From assembly GCA_032718475.1 (NCBI GenBank), contig JAUCBJ010008385.1, positions 1 through 55,989 on the forward strand: a stretch of DNA of 55,989 nt, read 5' to 3'. The notes beneath the pieces were generated by a model. That model was not told where the DNA came from and did no database searches. It saw only the letters and a program-made list of their open reading frames with translations. Position 1 is the stretch's first letter; each line of letters begins with the position of its first letter. Below are positions 13,041 through 26,047 of this stretch, in pieces. The stretch comes from Nemertoderma westbladi. Taxonomy: Eukaryota; Animalia; Xenacoelomorpha. The position numbers and the translations under genes are program-made.

Positions 13041-16000
13041 TCTGTTTCCTAAAGGAATCCCTGTTCACCACCATGGGTGATCTTCCACAGTAAACCCTTC
13101 CACTCTGTTTCCTAAAGGAATGCCTGTTCTCCACCATGGCTGAACTTCCACAGTGAACCCTTCCACTCTGTTTCCTAAAGGAATCCCTGTTCACCACCAT
13201 GGGTGATCTTCCACAGTAAACCCTTCCACTTTGTTTCCTAAAGGAATGCCTGTTCACCACCATGGGTGATCTTCCACAGTAAATCCTTCCACTCTGTTTC
13301 CTAAAGGAATCCCTGTTCACCACCATAGGTGATCTTCCGCAGTAAACCCTTCCACTCTGTTTCCTAAAGGAATGCCTGTTCACCACCATGGGTGATCTTC
13401 CACAGTAAATCCTTCCACTCTGTTTCCTAAAGGAATCCCTGTTCACCACCATGGGTGATCTTCCACAGTAAACCCTTCCACTCTGTTTCCTAAAGGAATA
13501 CCTGTTCAGTTCACCACCACGGGTGATCTTCCACAGTAAACCCTTCAACTCTGTTTCCTAAAGGAATGCCTGTTCACCACCATGGGTGATCTTCCACAGT
13601 AAACCCTTCCACTCTGTTTCCTACAGGAATGCCTGTTTCCTACAGGAATGCCTGTTCACCATCATGGGTGATCTTCCACAGTAAACCCTTCCACTATGTT
13701 TCCTACAGGAATGCCTGTTCACCACCATGGGTGATCTTCCACAGTAAACCCTTCCACTCTGTTTCCTAAAGGAATGCCTGTTCTCCACCATGGGTGATCT
13801 TCCACAGTAAATCCTTCCACTCTGTTTCCTAAAGGAATGCCTGTTCTCCACCATGGGTGATCTTCCACAGTAAACCCTTCCACTCTGTTTCCCATAGGAA
13901 TGCCTGCTCTCCACCATGGGTGATCTTTCACAGTAAATCCTTCCACTCTGTTTCCTAAAGGAATCCCTGTTCACCACCATGGGTGATCTTCCACAGTAAA
14001 CCCTTCCACTCTGTTTCCTAAAGGAATGCCTGTTCTCCACCATGGGTGATCTTTCACAGTAAATCCTTCCACTCTGTTTCCTAAAGGAATCCCTGTTCAC
14101 CACCATGGGTGATCTTCCACAGTAAACCCTTCCACTCTGTTTCCTAAAGGAATGCCTGTTCTCCACCATGGGTGATCTTCCACAGTAAACCCTTCCACTC
14201 TGTTTCCTAAAGGAATCCCTGTTCTCCACCATGGGTGATCTTCCACAGTAAATCCTTCCACTCTGTTTCCTAAAGGAATCCCTGTTCACCACCATGGGTG
14301 ATCTTCCACAGTAAACCCTTCCACTCTGTTTCCTAAAGGAATGCCTGTTCTCCACCATGAGTGATCTTCCACAGTAAATCCTTCCACTCTGTTTCCTAAA
14401 GGAATCCCTGTTCACCACCATGGGTGATCTTTCACAGTAAACCCTTCCACTCTGTTTCCTAAAAGAATGCCTGTTCACCACCATGGGAGATCTTCCACAG
14501 TAAACCCTTCCACTCTGTTTCTTAAAGGAATGCCTGTTCACCACCATGGGTGATCTTCCACAGTAAACCCTTCCACTCTGTTTCCTAAAGGAATGCCTGT
14601 TCACCACCATGGGTGGTCTTCCACAGTAAACCCTTCCACTTTGTCTCCAAGGAATGTCTGTTCACCACCATGGGTGATCTTCCACAGTAAACCCTTCCAC
14701 TCTGTTTCCTAAAGGAATGCCTGTTCTCCACCATGGGTGATCTTCCACAGTAAACACTTACACTCTTTTTCCTAAAGGAATGCCTGTTCACCACCATGAG
14801 TGATCTTCCACAGTAAACCCTTCCACTCTGTTTCCTACGGGAATGCCTGTTAACCACCATGGGTGAGGGTGATCTTCCACAGTAAACCCTTCCACTTTGT
14901 CTCCAAGGAATGTCTGTTCACCACCATAGGTGATCTTCCACAGTAAACCCTTCCACTCTGTTTCCTAAAGGAATGCCTGTTCTCCACCATGGGTGATCTT
15001 CCACAGTAAACCCTTCTACTTTGTTTCATAAAGGAATGCCTGTTTACCACCATGGGTGATCTTCCGCAGTAAATCCTTCTACTCTGTTTCATAAAGGAAT
15101 GCCTGTTCACCACCATGGGTGATCTTCCACACTAAACCCTTCTACTCTGTTTCAAAAAGGAATGCCTGTTTACCACCATGGGTGATCTTCCGCAGTAAAC
15201 CCTTCTTCTCTGTTTCCTAAAGGAATGCCTGTTCACCACCATGGGTGATCGTCCACACTAAACCCTTCTACTCTGTTTCATAAAGGAATGCCTGTTCTCC
15301 ACCATGGGTGATCTTCCACAGTAAACCCTTCTACTCTGTTTCATAAAGGAATGCCTGTTCACCACCATGGGTGATCTACCACAGTAAACCCTTCCACTCT
15401 GTTGCCTAAAGGAATGCCTGTTCACAACCATGGGTGATCTTCCACGGTAAACCCTTCTACTCTGTTTCATAAAGGAATGCCTGTTCACCACCATGGGTGA
15501 TTTTCCACAGTAAACCCTTCCACTCGGTTTCCTAAAGGTATGCCTGTTCTCCACCATGGGTGATTTTCCACAGTAAATCCTTCCACTCTGTTTCCTAAAG
15601 GAATGCCTGTTCACCACCATGGGTGATCTTCCGCAGTAAACCCCTCCACTCTGTTTCCTAAAGGAATGCCTTTTCACCACCATAGGTGATCTTCCACAGT
15701 AAACCCTTCCACTCTGTTTCCTAAAGGAATGCCTGTTCTCCACCATGGGTGATCTTCCACAGTAAATCCTTCCACTCTGTTTCCTAAAGGAATGCCTGTT
15801 CACCACCAGGGGTGATCTTCCGCAGTAAACCCCTCCACTCTGTTTCCTAAAGGAATGCCTGTTCACCACCATGGGTTATCTTCCACAGTAAACCCTTCCA
15901 CTTTGTTTCCTAAAGGAATGCCTGTTCACCACCAGGGGTGATCTTCCGCAGTAAACCCCTCCACTCTGTTTCCTAAAGGAATGCCTGTTCACCACCATGG

Positions 16001-17392
16001 GTTATCTTCCACAGTAAACCCTTCCACTTTGTTTCCTAAAGGAATGCCTGTTCACCACCATGGGTTATCTTCCACAGTAAACCCTTCCACTCTGTTTCCT
16101 AAAGGAATACCCGTTCACCACCATGGGTGATCTTCCACAGTAAACCCTTCCACTCTGTTTCCTAAAGGAATGCCTGTTCTCCACCATGGGTGATCTTCCA
16201 CAGTAAACCCTTCTACTTTGTTTCATAAAGGAATGCCTGTTTACCACCATGGGTGATCTTCCGCAGTAAATCCTTCTACTCTGTTTCATAAAGGAATGCC
16301 TGTTCACCACCATGGGTGATCTTCCACACTAAACCCTTCTACTCTGTTTCAAAAAGGAATGCCTGTTTACCACCATGGGTGATCTTCCGCAGTAAACCCT
16401 TCTTCTCTGTTTCCTAAAGGAATGCCTGTTCACCACCATGGGTGATCGTCCACACTAAACCCTTCTACTCTGTTTCATAAAGGAATGCCTGTTCTCCACC
16501 ATGGGTGATCTTCCACAGTAAACCCTTCTACTCTGTTTCATAAAGGAATGCCTGTTCACAACCATGGGTGATCTTCCACGGTAAACCCTTCTACTCTGTT
16601 TCATAAAGGAATGCCTGTTCACCACCATGGGTGATCTACCACAGTAAACCCTTCCACTCTGTTGCCTAAAGGAATGCCTGTTCACAACCATGGGTGATCT
16701 TCCACGGTAAACCCTTATACTCTGTTTCATAAAGGAATGCCTGTTCACCACCATGGGTGATTTTCCACAGTAAACCCTTCCACTCTGTTTCCTAAAGGAA
16801 TGCCTGTTCACCACCATGGGTGATCTTCCGCAGTAAACCCCTCCACTCTGTTTCCTAAAGGAATGCCTTTTCACCACCATAGGTGATCTTCCACTGTAAA
16901 CCCTTCCACTCTGTTTCCTAAAGGAATGCCTGTTCTCCACCATGGGTGATCTTCCACAGTAAATCCTTCCACTCTGTTTCCTAAAGGAATGCCTGTTCAC
17001 CACCAGGGGTGATCTTCCGCAGTAAACCCCTCCACTCTGTTTCCTAAAGGAATGCCTGTTCACCACCATGGGTTATCTTCCACAGTAAACCCTTCCACTT
17101 TGTTTCCTAAAGGAATGCCTGTTCACCACCAGGGGTGATCTTCCGCAGTAAACCCCTCCACTCTGTTTCCTAAAGGAATGCCTGTTCACCACCATGGGTT
17201 ATCTTCCACAGTAAACCCTTCCACTTTGTTTCCTAAAGGAATGCCTGTTCACCACCATGGGTTATCTTCCACAGTAAACCCTTCCACTATGTTTCCTAAA
17301 GGAATACCCGTTCTCCACCATGGCTGATCTTCCACAGTAAACCCTTCCACTCTGTTTCCTAAAGGAAGGCCTGTTCACCACCATGGGTGATC
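13041..17392. repeat. 63-bp minisatellite (about 69 copies) in a receptor intron
   Basis: Unit ctgtttcctaaaggaatgcctgttcaccaccatgggtgatcttccacagtaaacccttccact, which explains the 21-aa periodic ORFs. Contains a 1197-bp (19-unit) higher-order duplication. Confidence 0.96.
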
Positions 17393-17622
17393 TCCTTGCA
17401 TAAGCCCGCTCCACCTTTCTTATCTGCTCCTTTCGCAAAATTTGTAATGATATCTTTCATTGTTTTGGTTAGAAAAGTATCCCATAATAATTAAAATAGT
17501 CGTTTCTTAGACCAGGATAGAAATATAGGTAGTGCCGCCAAGCGGCATGTCAGGGAGTAGGTCATTCTCTGTTTAGGGTTCCCTAGCCTATCGGTTCCCT
17601 AAAATGTGTCAGTTCAGTAGGT

Positions 17623-18144
17623 CCTGGGGCGGGCGACACGAAGCTCCGTTAATTTTAAATTTAACGGAGGTTTAACGGAAGTCCACTTAACAGAGAACTC
17701 ATAATGGGCGACACGAACGAGTATTTAGGCCTCCGTTAGTGAGTTCTCCGTCAAGACTCCGTTAGTACTAAAAGTGATACTTTCCAAATGATGATAAAAT
17801 TGCGTTGTTGTGGTTGCTTAGGCAACTCGTTAATGTTATTGTTGCACAGAACGTGAATTCAAGTTCTATACTATGAAAGCTATAAATATAGAAATATTTT
17901 TTCAGAATGTATTGAGTTATGTAGAGTAGAATACAAAACATTTCTTAACGGAACCTTAAAGGTGCCTACTGGTGGATGGTGTAAATTACCTTAACGGAGA
18001 GTCCTCCGTTAGTGTAACGGAGCTTCGAGTCGCTGGCTTCCGTTAGTTAAAGCCACCGTTAATTAAACGGAGGTTTCGTGTCGCTCATAATTTTAGTTAA
18101 CGGCGCCTTTAGCACTAACGGAGCTTCTTGTCGCCCGCCCCAGG
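17623..18144. mobile_element. MITE with 29-bp terminal inverted repeats, possibly PIF/Harbinger-type
   Basis: cctggggcgggcgacacgaagctccgtta at the left and taacggagcttcttgtcgcccgccccagg at the right (one mismatch). Many internal ctccgtta/taacggag motifs. Confidence 0.85.
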
Positions 18145-18907
18145 TCTTTAGGTCTGCATCAGCAGTGCCAGGCCGTAACTATACGAAAAATATCGAAACT
18201 ACCAGTAACTGATCAGTATAGTCATAGAAGCATAGCAGTTCCCAGCAACTCGTCGCCATTGCAAGCCTCATTCATTGTGCACATAAGGTCACAAAAATAT
18301 GTAGCAGAAAAAATTCACTACTGGTGCTGAACAAAATGATATATAGTTTAATATTCTACACCGGCATATATACCTTATTAGAGTACAGCATAGATAATAA
18401 CGCAGTACTCATCTTCGTTCATTACAATCATCCCAATACCGCTTACAATATATTAATTGAATGATTTTAGAAAATGATAACTCAATACCGGTACCCTCAT
18501 TAAATTACTCTAGAAAATGATAACTCTCGAGTCACTCACTTGAGTCACTATACCCTCTAATTCTACCCAACTGTCCACCCAACCAAATTTTATAGATTTC
18601 TGGGCATGAACAAGGCAATATAAAAAGAGGATTGGATTGATTGTGAATATATCTTTTGTTTTATCCTCACTGTAGTCTACATATTTACTGTACACTATAG
18701 TTGTTCTTTTTATTTGATTTTTTTTTACTAAACTGTCATGCGCAGTGCAGCGCACCCCTACATTTAATCCCCCCCCCCCCCCCCCCCCAAAAAAAAACTT
18801 GCGCCCGGGGTCGGTAAATAATTCATATTGGATTCATTTTAGAACCAACTACACCCTATGAACGTAACTAAATGTACAACGCGAGTCTTGAGCATAACAA
18901 CTCTTAC

Positions 18908-19013
18908 CTTAGGTAAACAAGAATCCCGAAACCAATTATTAGAACAGCTAGGAAAGTCAGAGATGTTAGCATAATAATGTGGTTGAGAGATATAGACCCA
19001 TTGTTGTTTGTAG
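18908..19013 (-). CDS. BMPR1: BMP type I receptor: transmembrane exon (absent from the ORF track in this frame)
   Basis: TTTCAG|CT acceptor and AAG|GTAAGA donor. Translates (S)TNNNGSISLNHIIMLTSLTFLAVLIIGFGILVYL(R). 106 nt, phase 1 to 2, which exactly bridges the flanking exons. Confidence 0.92.
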
Positions 19014-19271
19014 CTGAAATGATAAAAACAAATAGGACTAATTAAATTAGTGATTGAGGAAAATACAGCCATCCGCCAAAGTGAATTACAAAAATTACAA
19101 TGGCCACCCAACATTAGCACTCGGGCCCGTTTCACATCAAAAAACCCTTCAATAAAAACTAATAAATAAATGTAGGTGATATAGATCTGGGGCCTCCGTG
19201 CAACAGAACTGTACGCCACCACCATCTACAAACATACCAACCAGGGCCGTCCTCCAAATACCCGTGAAGGA

Positions 19272-22175
19272 AGTGTGAGTTAGGTGCTCTGCTCAGGTGT
19301 GTAATGTGAGTGAGGTGTGTAGTGTGAGTCAGGGGTGTAGTGTGAGTCAGGTGTGTACTGTGTAGTGTGAGTGAGGTGTGTAGTGTGAGTCAGCTGTGTA
19401 ATGTGAGTGAGGTGTGTAGTGTGAGTCAGCTGTGTAATGTGAGTGAGGTGTGTAGTGTGAGTCAGCTGTGTAATGTGAGTGAGGTGTGTAGTGTGAGTCA
19501 GGGGTGTAGTGTGAGTCATGTGTGTAGTGTGAGATAGGTGTGTAGTGTGAATCAGGTGTGTTGTGAGAATCAGGTCAGGTGTGTAGTGTGAGTCAGGTGT
19601 GTAGTGTGCGTGAGGTGTGTAGTGTGAGATAGGTGCTCATGCTCAGGTGTGTAGTGTGAGTCAGGTGTGTAGTGTGAGTCAGGTGTGTAGTGTGAGTCAG
19701 GGGTGTAGTGTGAGTGAGGTGTGTAGTGTGAGTGAGGTGTGTAGTGTGAGTCAGGGGTGTAGTGTGAGTCAGGTGTGTACTGTGCAGTGTGAGTGAGGTG
19801 TGTAGTGTGAGTCAGCTGTGTAATGTGAGTGAGGTGTGTAGTGTGAGTCAGCTGTGTAATGTGAGTGAGGTGTGTAGTGTGAGTCAGCTGTGTAATGTGA
19901 GTGAGGTGTGTAGTGTGAGTCAGGGGTGTAGTGTGAGTCATGTGTGTAGTGTGAGATAGGTGTGTAGTGTGAATCAGGTGTGTTGTGAGAATCAGGTCAG
20001 GTGTGTAGTGTGAGTCAGGTGTGTAGTGTGCGTGAGGTGTGTAGTGTGAGATAGGTGCTCATGCTCAGGTGTGTAGTGTGAGTCAGGTGTGTAGTGTGAG
20101 TCAGGTGTGTAGTGTGAGTCAGGGGTGTAGTGTGAGTGAGGTGTGTAGTGTGAGTGAGGTGTGTAGTGTGAGTCAGGGGTGTAGTGTGAGTCAGGTGTGT
20201 ACTGTGCAGTGTGAGTGAGGTGTGTAGTGTGAGTCAGCTGTGTAATGTGAGTGAGGTGTGTAGTGTGAGTCAGCTGTGTAATGTGAGTGAGGTGTGTAGT
20301 GTGAGTCAGCTGTGTAATGTGAGTGAGGTGTGTAGTGTGAGTCAGGGGTGTAGTGTGAGTCATGTGTGTAGTGTGAGATAGGTGTGTAGTGTGAATCAGG
20401 TGTGTTGTGAGAATCAGGTCAGGTGTGTAGTGTGAGTCAGGTGTGTAGTGTGCGTGAGGTGTGTAGTGTGACATAGGTGCTCATGCTCAGGTGTGTAGTG
20501 TGAGTCAGGTGTGTAGTGTGAGTCAGGTGTGTAGTGTGAGTCAGGAGTGTAGTGTGAGTCAGGTGTGTAGTGTGAATCAGGTGTGTTGTGAGAATCAGGT
20601 CAGATGTGTAGTGTGAGTCAGGTGTGTAGTGTGAGTGAGGTGTGTAGTGTGAGTCAGGTGTGTAGTGTGAGTCAGGTGTGTAGTGTGAATCAGGTGTGTT
20701 GCGAGAATCTGGTCAGGTGTGTAGTGTGAGTCAGGTGTTTATAGAGTCAGGTGTGTAGTGTGAGTCAGGTGTGTAGTGTGAGTCAGGTGTTTAGAGAGCG
20801 TCAGGCGTGTAGTGTGAGTCAGGTGTGTAGTGTGAGTCAGGTGTGTAGTGTGAATCAGGTGTGTTGTGAGAATCAGGTCAGGTGTGTAGTGTGGGTCAGG
20901 TGTTTAGAGATTCAGGTTGTAGTGTGAGTCAGGTGTGTAGTGTGAGTCAGGTATGTAGTGTGAGATAGGTGTTTAGAGAGCGTCAGGCGTGTAGTGTGAG
21001 TCAGGTGTTTAGTGTGAGTCAGGTTTGTAGTATGAGTCATGTGTGTAGTGTAAGTCAGGTGTGTAGTGTGATTCAGGTGTGTAGTTGAGAGTCAGGTGTG
21101 TAGTGTGAGTCAGGTGTGTAGTGTGTGTCAGGTGTGTAGTGTGAGTCAGGTGTGTAGTGTGAGACAGGTGTGTAGCTTGAGTGAGTGAGTACTGTGTGAG
21201 TCAGGTGTGTAGTATGAGTCAGGTGTGTAGTGTGAGATGGTGTGTAGTATGAGTCATGTGTGTAGTATGAGTCAGGTGTGTAGTGTGAGTCAGGTGTGTA
21301 GTGTGAGTCAGGTGTGTAGTGTGAGTCAGGTGTGTAGTGTGAATCAGGTGTGTTGTGAGAATCAGGTCAGGTGTGTTGTGAGAATCAGGTCAGGTGTGTA
21401 GTGTGAGTCAGGTGTGTAGTGTGAGTCAGGTGTGTAGTGTGCGTCAGGTGTGTAGTATGAGTCATGTGTGTAGTGTGAGATGGTGTGTAGTATGAGTCAT
21501 GTTTAGTATGAGTCATGTATGTAGTATGAGTCAGGTGTGTAGTGTGAGTCAGGTGTGTAGTGTGAGTCAGGTGTGTAGTGTGAATCAGGTGTGTTGTGAG
21601 AATCAGGTCAGGTGTGTAGTGTGAGTCAGGTCAGGTGTGTAGTGTGAGTCAGGTGTGTAGTGTGAGTCAGGTGTGTAGTGTGAGTCAGGTGTGTAGTATG
21701 AGTCAGGTGTGCAGTGTGAGTCAGGTGTGTAGTATGAGTCATGTGTGTAGTGTGAGTCAGGAGTGTAGTGTGAGTCAGGTGTGTAGTTGAGAGTCAGGTG
21801 TGTAGTGTGAGTTAGGTGTGTAGTGTGAGTCAGGTGTGTAGTGTGAGACAGGTGTGTAGTGTGAGTCAGGTGAGTAGTGTGAGTAATGGGTGTAGTGCGA
21901 GTCAGGTGTGTAGTTGAGAGTCAGGTGTGTAGTGTGAGACAGGTGTGTAGTGTGAGTCAGGTGTGTAGTATGAGTCAGGTGTGCAGTGTGAGTCAGGTGT
22001 GTAGTATGAGTCATGTGTGTAGTGTGAGTCAGGAGTGTAGTGTGAGTCAGGTGTGTAGTTGAGAGTCAGGTGTGTAGTGTGAGTTAGGTGTGTAGTGTGA
22101 GTCAGGTGTGTAGTGTGAGACAGGTGTGTAGTGTGAGTCAGGTGAGTAGTGGGTGTAGTGTGAGTCAGGTGTGTA
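19272..22175. repeat. 18-bp GT-rich minisatellite
   Basis: Unit gtgtagtgtgagtcaggt with variants. A block of about 422 bp recurs (ORFs ending at 19570 and 19992 share identical C-terminal translation). Confidence 0.95.
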
Positions 22176-22777
22176 ACTCCCTGGTTATCACTCCCCGGTT
22201 AAATTTCCCTAGTGTATTCTCACTCCGTATGTTTTTATTTGTATCTTACAGTACTTTACTATATACAAATCTCCAGCGTGTGTTTGTCTGTGTACTAGAG
22301 GTATATGTGGTCTTATTATATGTGACCTTATATCGAATTTAAATTATATTGAAATATAAAATATCATGGGTGTAAGAATACACTGAGGGGGGTTAAATTT
22401 CACTAAAAAATCAACCATAGTTTCAAATATCATATTTTAAATATAGGTTAAAATACATAGCCGGGTTGGATATTAACCGGTGAGTTTTATGGGGTTTTTC
22501 TGCTACACCGGTTATGAAAATAAAATAATAATTAATTACCATTAAAAAATAAATAATAAACAAATATACATACCGTAATAATTTAACAATAAGAAAATAA
22601 AAACATGACTAATTTAACTAATTATTACTTCCAGCTGTTGTTTTAAATTAACTGAAAGCAGAATATAAACGATTCCAGTTTATCCAAATATATTTATAGT
22701 TGGAAATATATTTATCAGCCATAAATCAGGTATAGGAAAGGAATTCGGGTAATTTGGGAATGGGAAAGGCAGTTTAA

Positions 22778-24722
22778 CACGTTAGCTGCGGATTGTGCAT
22801 CGGTGCACAATCCGCACTACACAAGTGCCAGTGCGGATTGAGCGCCGATGCTCAATATTTCCACTTATATAAATAGGGCGGGATTTTTAAAATGCTCTAC
22901 TGTAGCATAGCTAGCCTAGCTATTAGGCCTATTTGATTTAGTTCATTGTTAGTTAAGCAATAACTGTTGGTTAGCCGTTTACTTTTCATGTGTTAATTTC
23001 TATTGCATGACCAAATGTGCTGCAAAAATAACAAAGTTATTTTATATTGTTTTACTTTCTAAATGTTTTTAAAACCCAAATGATTGATGGGAGGTCGTTA
23101 AACTCCAGTCATTATCTACTACGCCCATACACAGGCAGGGACCCAAGGGAAGTGAGGCTATGGGGATACCCCCGGACCCAAGGGAAGGTAGGCTATGGGG
23201 CTACCCCCGGACCCAAGGGAGGGGAGGCTACGGGGCTACCCCCGGACCCAAGGGAAGGGAGGCTATGGGGCTACCCCCGGACCCATGGGAGGGGAGGCTA
23301 TGGGGCTACCCCCGGACCCAAGGGAGGGGAGGCTATGGGGCTACCCCCGGACCCAAGGGAGGGGAGGCTATGGGGCTACCCCCGGACCCAAGGGAGGGGA
23401 GGCTATGGGGCTACCCCCGGACCCAAGGGAGGGGAGGCTATGGGGCTACCCCCGGACCCAAGGGAGGGGAGGCTATGGGGCTACCCCCGGACCCAAGGGA
23501 GGGGAGGCTATGGGGCTACCCCCGGACCCAAGGGAGGGGAGGCTATGGGGCTACCCCCGGACCCAAGGGAGGGGAGGCTATGGGGCTACCCCCGGACCCA
23601 TGGGAGGGGAGGCTATGGGGCTACCCCCGGACCCAAGGGAGTGGAGGCTATGGGGCTACCCCCGGACCCAAGGGAGGGGAGGCTATGGGGCTACCCCCGG
23701 ACCCAAGGGAGGGGAGGCTATGGGGCTACCCCCGGACCCAAGGGAGGGGAGGCTATGGGGCTACCCCCGGACCCAAGGGAGGGGAGGCTATGGGGCTACC
23801 CCCGGACCCAAGGGAGGGGAGGCTATGGGGCTACCCCCGGACCCAAGGGAGGGGAGGCTATGGGGCTACCCCCGGACCCAAGGGAGGGGAGGCTATGGGG
23901 CTACCCCCGGACCCAAGGGAGGGGAGGCTATGGGGCTACCCCCGGACCCAAGGGAGGGGAGGCTATGGGGCTACCCCCGGACCCAAGGGAGGGGAGGCTA
24001 TGGGGCTACCCCCGGACCCAAGGGAGGGGAGGCTATGGGGCTACCCCCGGACCCAAGGGAGGGGAGGCTATGGGGCTACCCCCGGACCCAAGGGAGAGGA
24101 GGCTATGGGGCTACCCCCGGACCCAAGGGAGGGGAGGCTATGGGGCTACCCCCGGACCCAAGGGAGGGGAGGCTATGGGGCTACCCCCGGACCCAAGGGA
24201 GGGGAGGCTATGGGGCTACCCCCGGACCCAAGGGAGGGGAGGCTATGGGGCTACCCCCGGACCCAAGGGAAGGGAGGCTATGGGGCTACCCCCGGACCCA
24301 AGGGAGGGGAGGCTATGGGGCTACCCCCGGACCCAAGGGAGGGGAGGCTATGGGGCTACCCCCTGGAATTTTGGAAGTGGCCAAAAGTAATTTAATAATG
24401 TGATGGGATAATTATTTGTAGTTTTGAAAATTGTGAATCCTGTAAGAGTAAAATCATAAAAAAATATCTAAAATTTTGATGAAATTCAAACCACTATCTC
24501 TGGACTGGACGGAGCTATTGAGATGCGGTTTCTTCCATGGTGGTTCTCCATTGTTTTATAAATACAATGATTGTTAATTTTTTGAGCACCGGTGCCGAAA
24601 GGCATTCCCACAAAATGTAATTAACAAAAAGTAAGTTGTTGACCACCGGTGCACAATCCGGAGTTGAGGAACTGCACAGCACAGGAATGTTCACCAGTGG
24701 TTTCAGAGCCGCAGCTAACGTG
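22778..24722. mobile_element. Non-autonomous piggyBac-like element
   Basis: TTAA|CACGTTAGCTGCGG ... CCGCAGCTAACGTG|TTAA: perfect 14-bp TIRs with TTAA at 22774-22777 and 24723-24726. Subterminal motif cggtgcacaatccg occurs near both ends. No transposase. Confidence 0.88.
23139..24363. repeat. 35-bp G-rich minisatellite (about 35 near-identical copies) inside the piggyBac-like element
   Basis: Unit acccaagggaggggaggctatggggctacccccgg. It has no stop on the + strand, hence three overlapping ORFs of about 400 aa. Confidence 0.97.
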
Positions 24723-24856
24723 TTAAGAATAAAATTACGTATTTACATAAAGGTAATATATTTTCGTTATATTATTTTCTTATTTTAAGTACGGTATTTT
24801 TAATATATATAATATATATATACCGGAATCAGTATCAAATAACCACATAAACTTAC

Positions 24857-25009
24857 AGTTACTATCCCTTCCGCCGTCGTCATGGAGGGATGTTGATGAA
24901 GGTAGTTCCGGTTGTAAATCAGCATTACATAAATTTGAGCGGCAACATTCGATACTAAGTAAACGTTCTTTATATTCTTTGCACTGGAATGGGTGGGTAC
25001 CAATGGAGG
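24857..25009 (-). CDS. BMPR1: BMP type I receptor: ectodomain exon with the cysteine box
   Basis: TTGCAG|CC acceptor and ACT|GTAAGT donor. Translates (A)SIGTHPFQCKEYKERLLSIECCRSNLCNADLQPELPSSTSLHDDGGRDSN. CCx4CN..LQP.LP is the ALK3/6-type Cys box. 153 nt, phase 1 to 1. Confidence 0.93.
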
Positions 25010-25125
25010 CTGCAAGGGAATTATAGAAAAATAATTAAGTCACGGTCCTGTACGACGCAATTAAGGTGTCATCATACTTAATATTGAGTTTTTGTATTAA
25101 ATAATAAATAATTAATATTATTTAT

Positions 25126-26047
25126 TGTCCCAGAATATAGTGTCGTAATTCAGTGACACCCCCCCATGCCCCCCCCCCCCCCTAATTTTTTTACAAATTG
25201 TAATGAGATAGCATGAAATTTGAAACAGAGATAGTTTCACCTCCCGACCACTGACTGGCGACTGGGTGAGCTAGAATTTTTATTTTTGCTTTCAATCTTT
25301 AGCTACCGGTACATGCGTTTAAAATAAGTGTCTCCAGCGATATTACACCAGTTATCCTTCAACCTTATAGTGATTTGTTGGTACTGATAAAAAGCTGACC
25401 GTACAAGGATTCCAAACATGTAAGACAATTTGAATTTCGTTGAAAAATAGCGGAGTATGGGCGTTCAAATGTTGCATGGTTATACACCTGCGCAAGGCTA
25501 TTTTAATTCTATTTAATAAATGCATCATAATCTGGAATATTTTGTTTATCCAAATACGTTGCTGGGCAACAATGCATCACATCTTTAATCATACTATTAC
25601 TTAGCTATTCATACATTTAAAAAATGTTCCAGAATATGGTTTATTTATTAAATAGAATAAAATAACCTCGCGCCGGTGCAAAACCATGCAAAATTTGAAC
25701 GCCCATATCTCCGCTATTTTTCAACGAAATTCAAATTGTCTTACATATTTGGAATCCTTGTACGGTCAGCTTTTTATCAGTACAGCAGTACCAACAAATC
25801 ACTATAAGGTTGAATAATAACTGGTGTAACTGGTGTAGTATCGCTGGAGACACTTTTTTTAAACGCATGTAGCTAAAGATTGAAAGCAAAAATAAAAATT
25901 CTGGCTCACCCAGTCAGTGGTCGGGAGGTGAAACTATATATCTCTGTTTCAAATTTCATGCAATCTCATTAAGATGTGTAAAAAAATTAGGGGGGGGGGG
26001 GGGGGGGGGGGGCGTGTCACTGAATTACGACACTATATTCTGGGACA
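25126..26047. mobile_element. Foldback/palindromic MITE with arms of about 420 bp and a short spacer
   Basis: tgtcccagaatatagtgtcgtaattcagtgacac ... gtgtcactgaattacgacactatattctgggaca. The arms pair inward to about 25540/25625. A related terminus is seen at about 33405-33435. Confidence 0.92.

Noticed and set aside
13036-17069. Basic 21-aa repeat proteins
   Set aside because: Read-through of a 63-bp intronic minisatellite with sporadic stops and indels.
1-17392. CRISPR-like regular repeats
   Set aside because: No unique spacers and no cas genes; spliceosomal exon structure shows eukaryotic DNA.
19280-22014. His/Thr-rich ORFs; telomere-like appearance
   Set aside because: An 18-bp minisatellite; it is not a TTAGG(G)-type repeat and is internal to an intron.
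22570-22655. Candidate TM exon
   Set aside because: It has an in-frame TAA; 18908-19013 fits both phases and encodes a proper TM helix.
23047-24403. Collagen- or prion-like Gly/Pro-rich proteins of about 400 aa
   Set aside because: All three frames give the same cyclic peptide, as expected of a stop-free 35-bp repeat; it lies inside a TTAA element.
24800-25015. 71-aa ORF in the track
   Set aside because: Wrong frame; the real exon with CCRSNLCN is in another frame.
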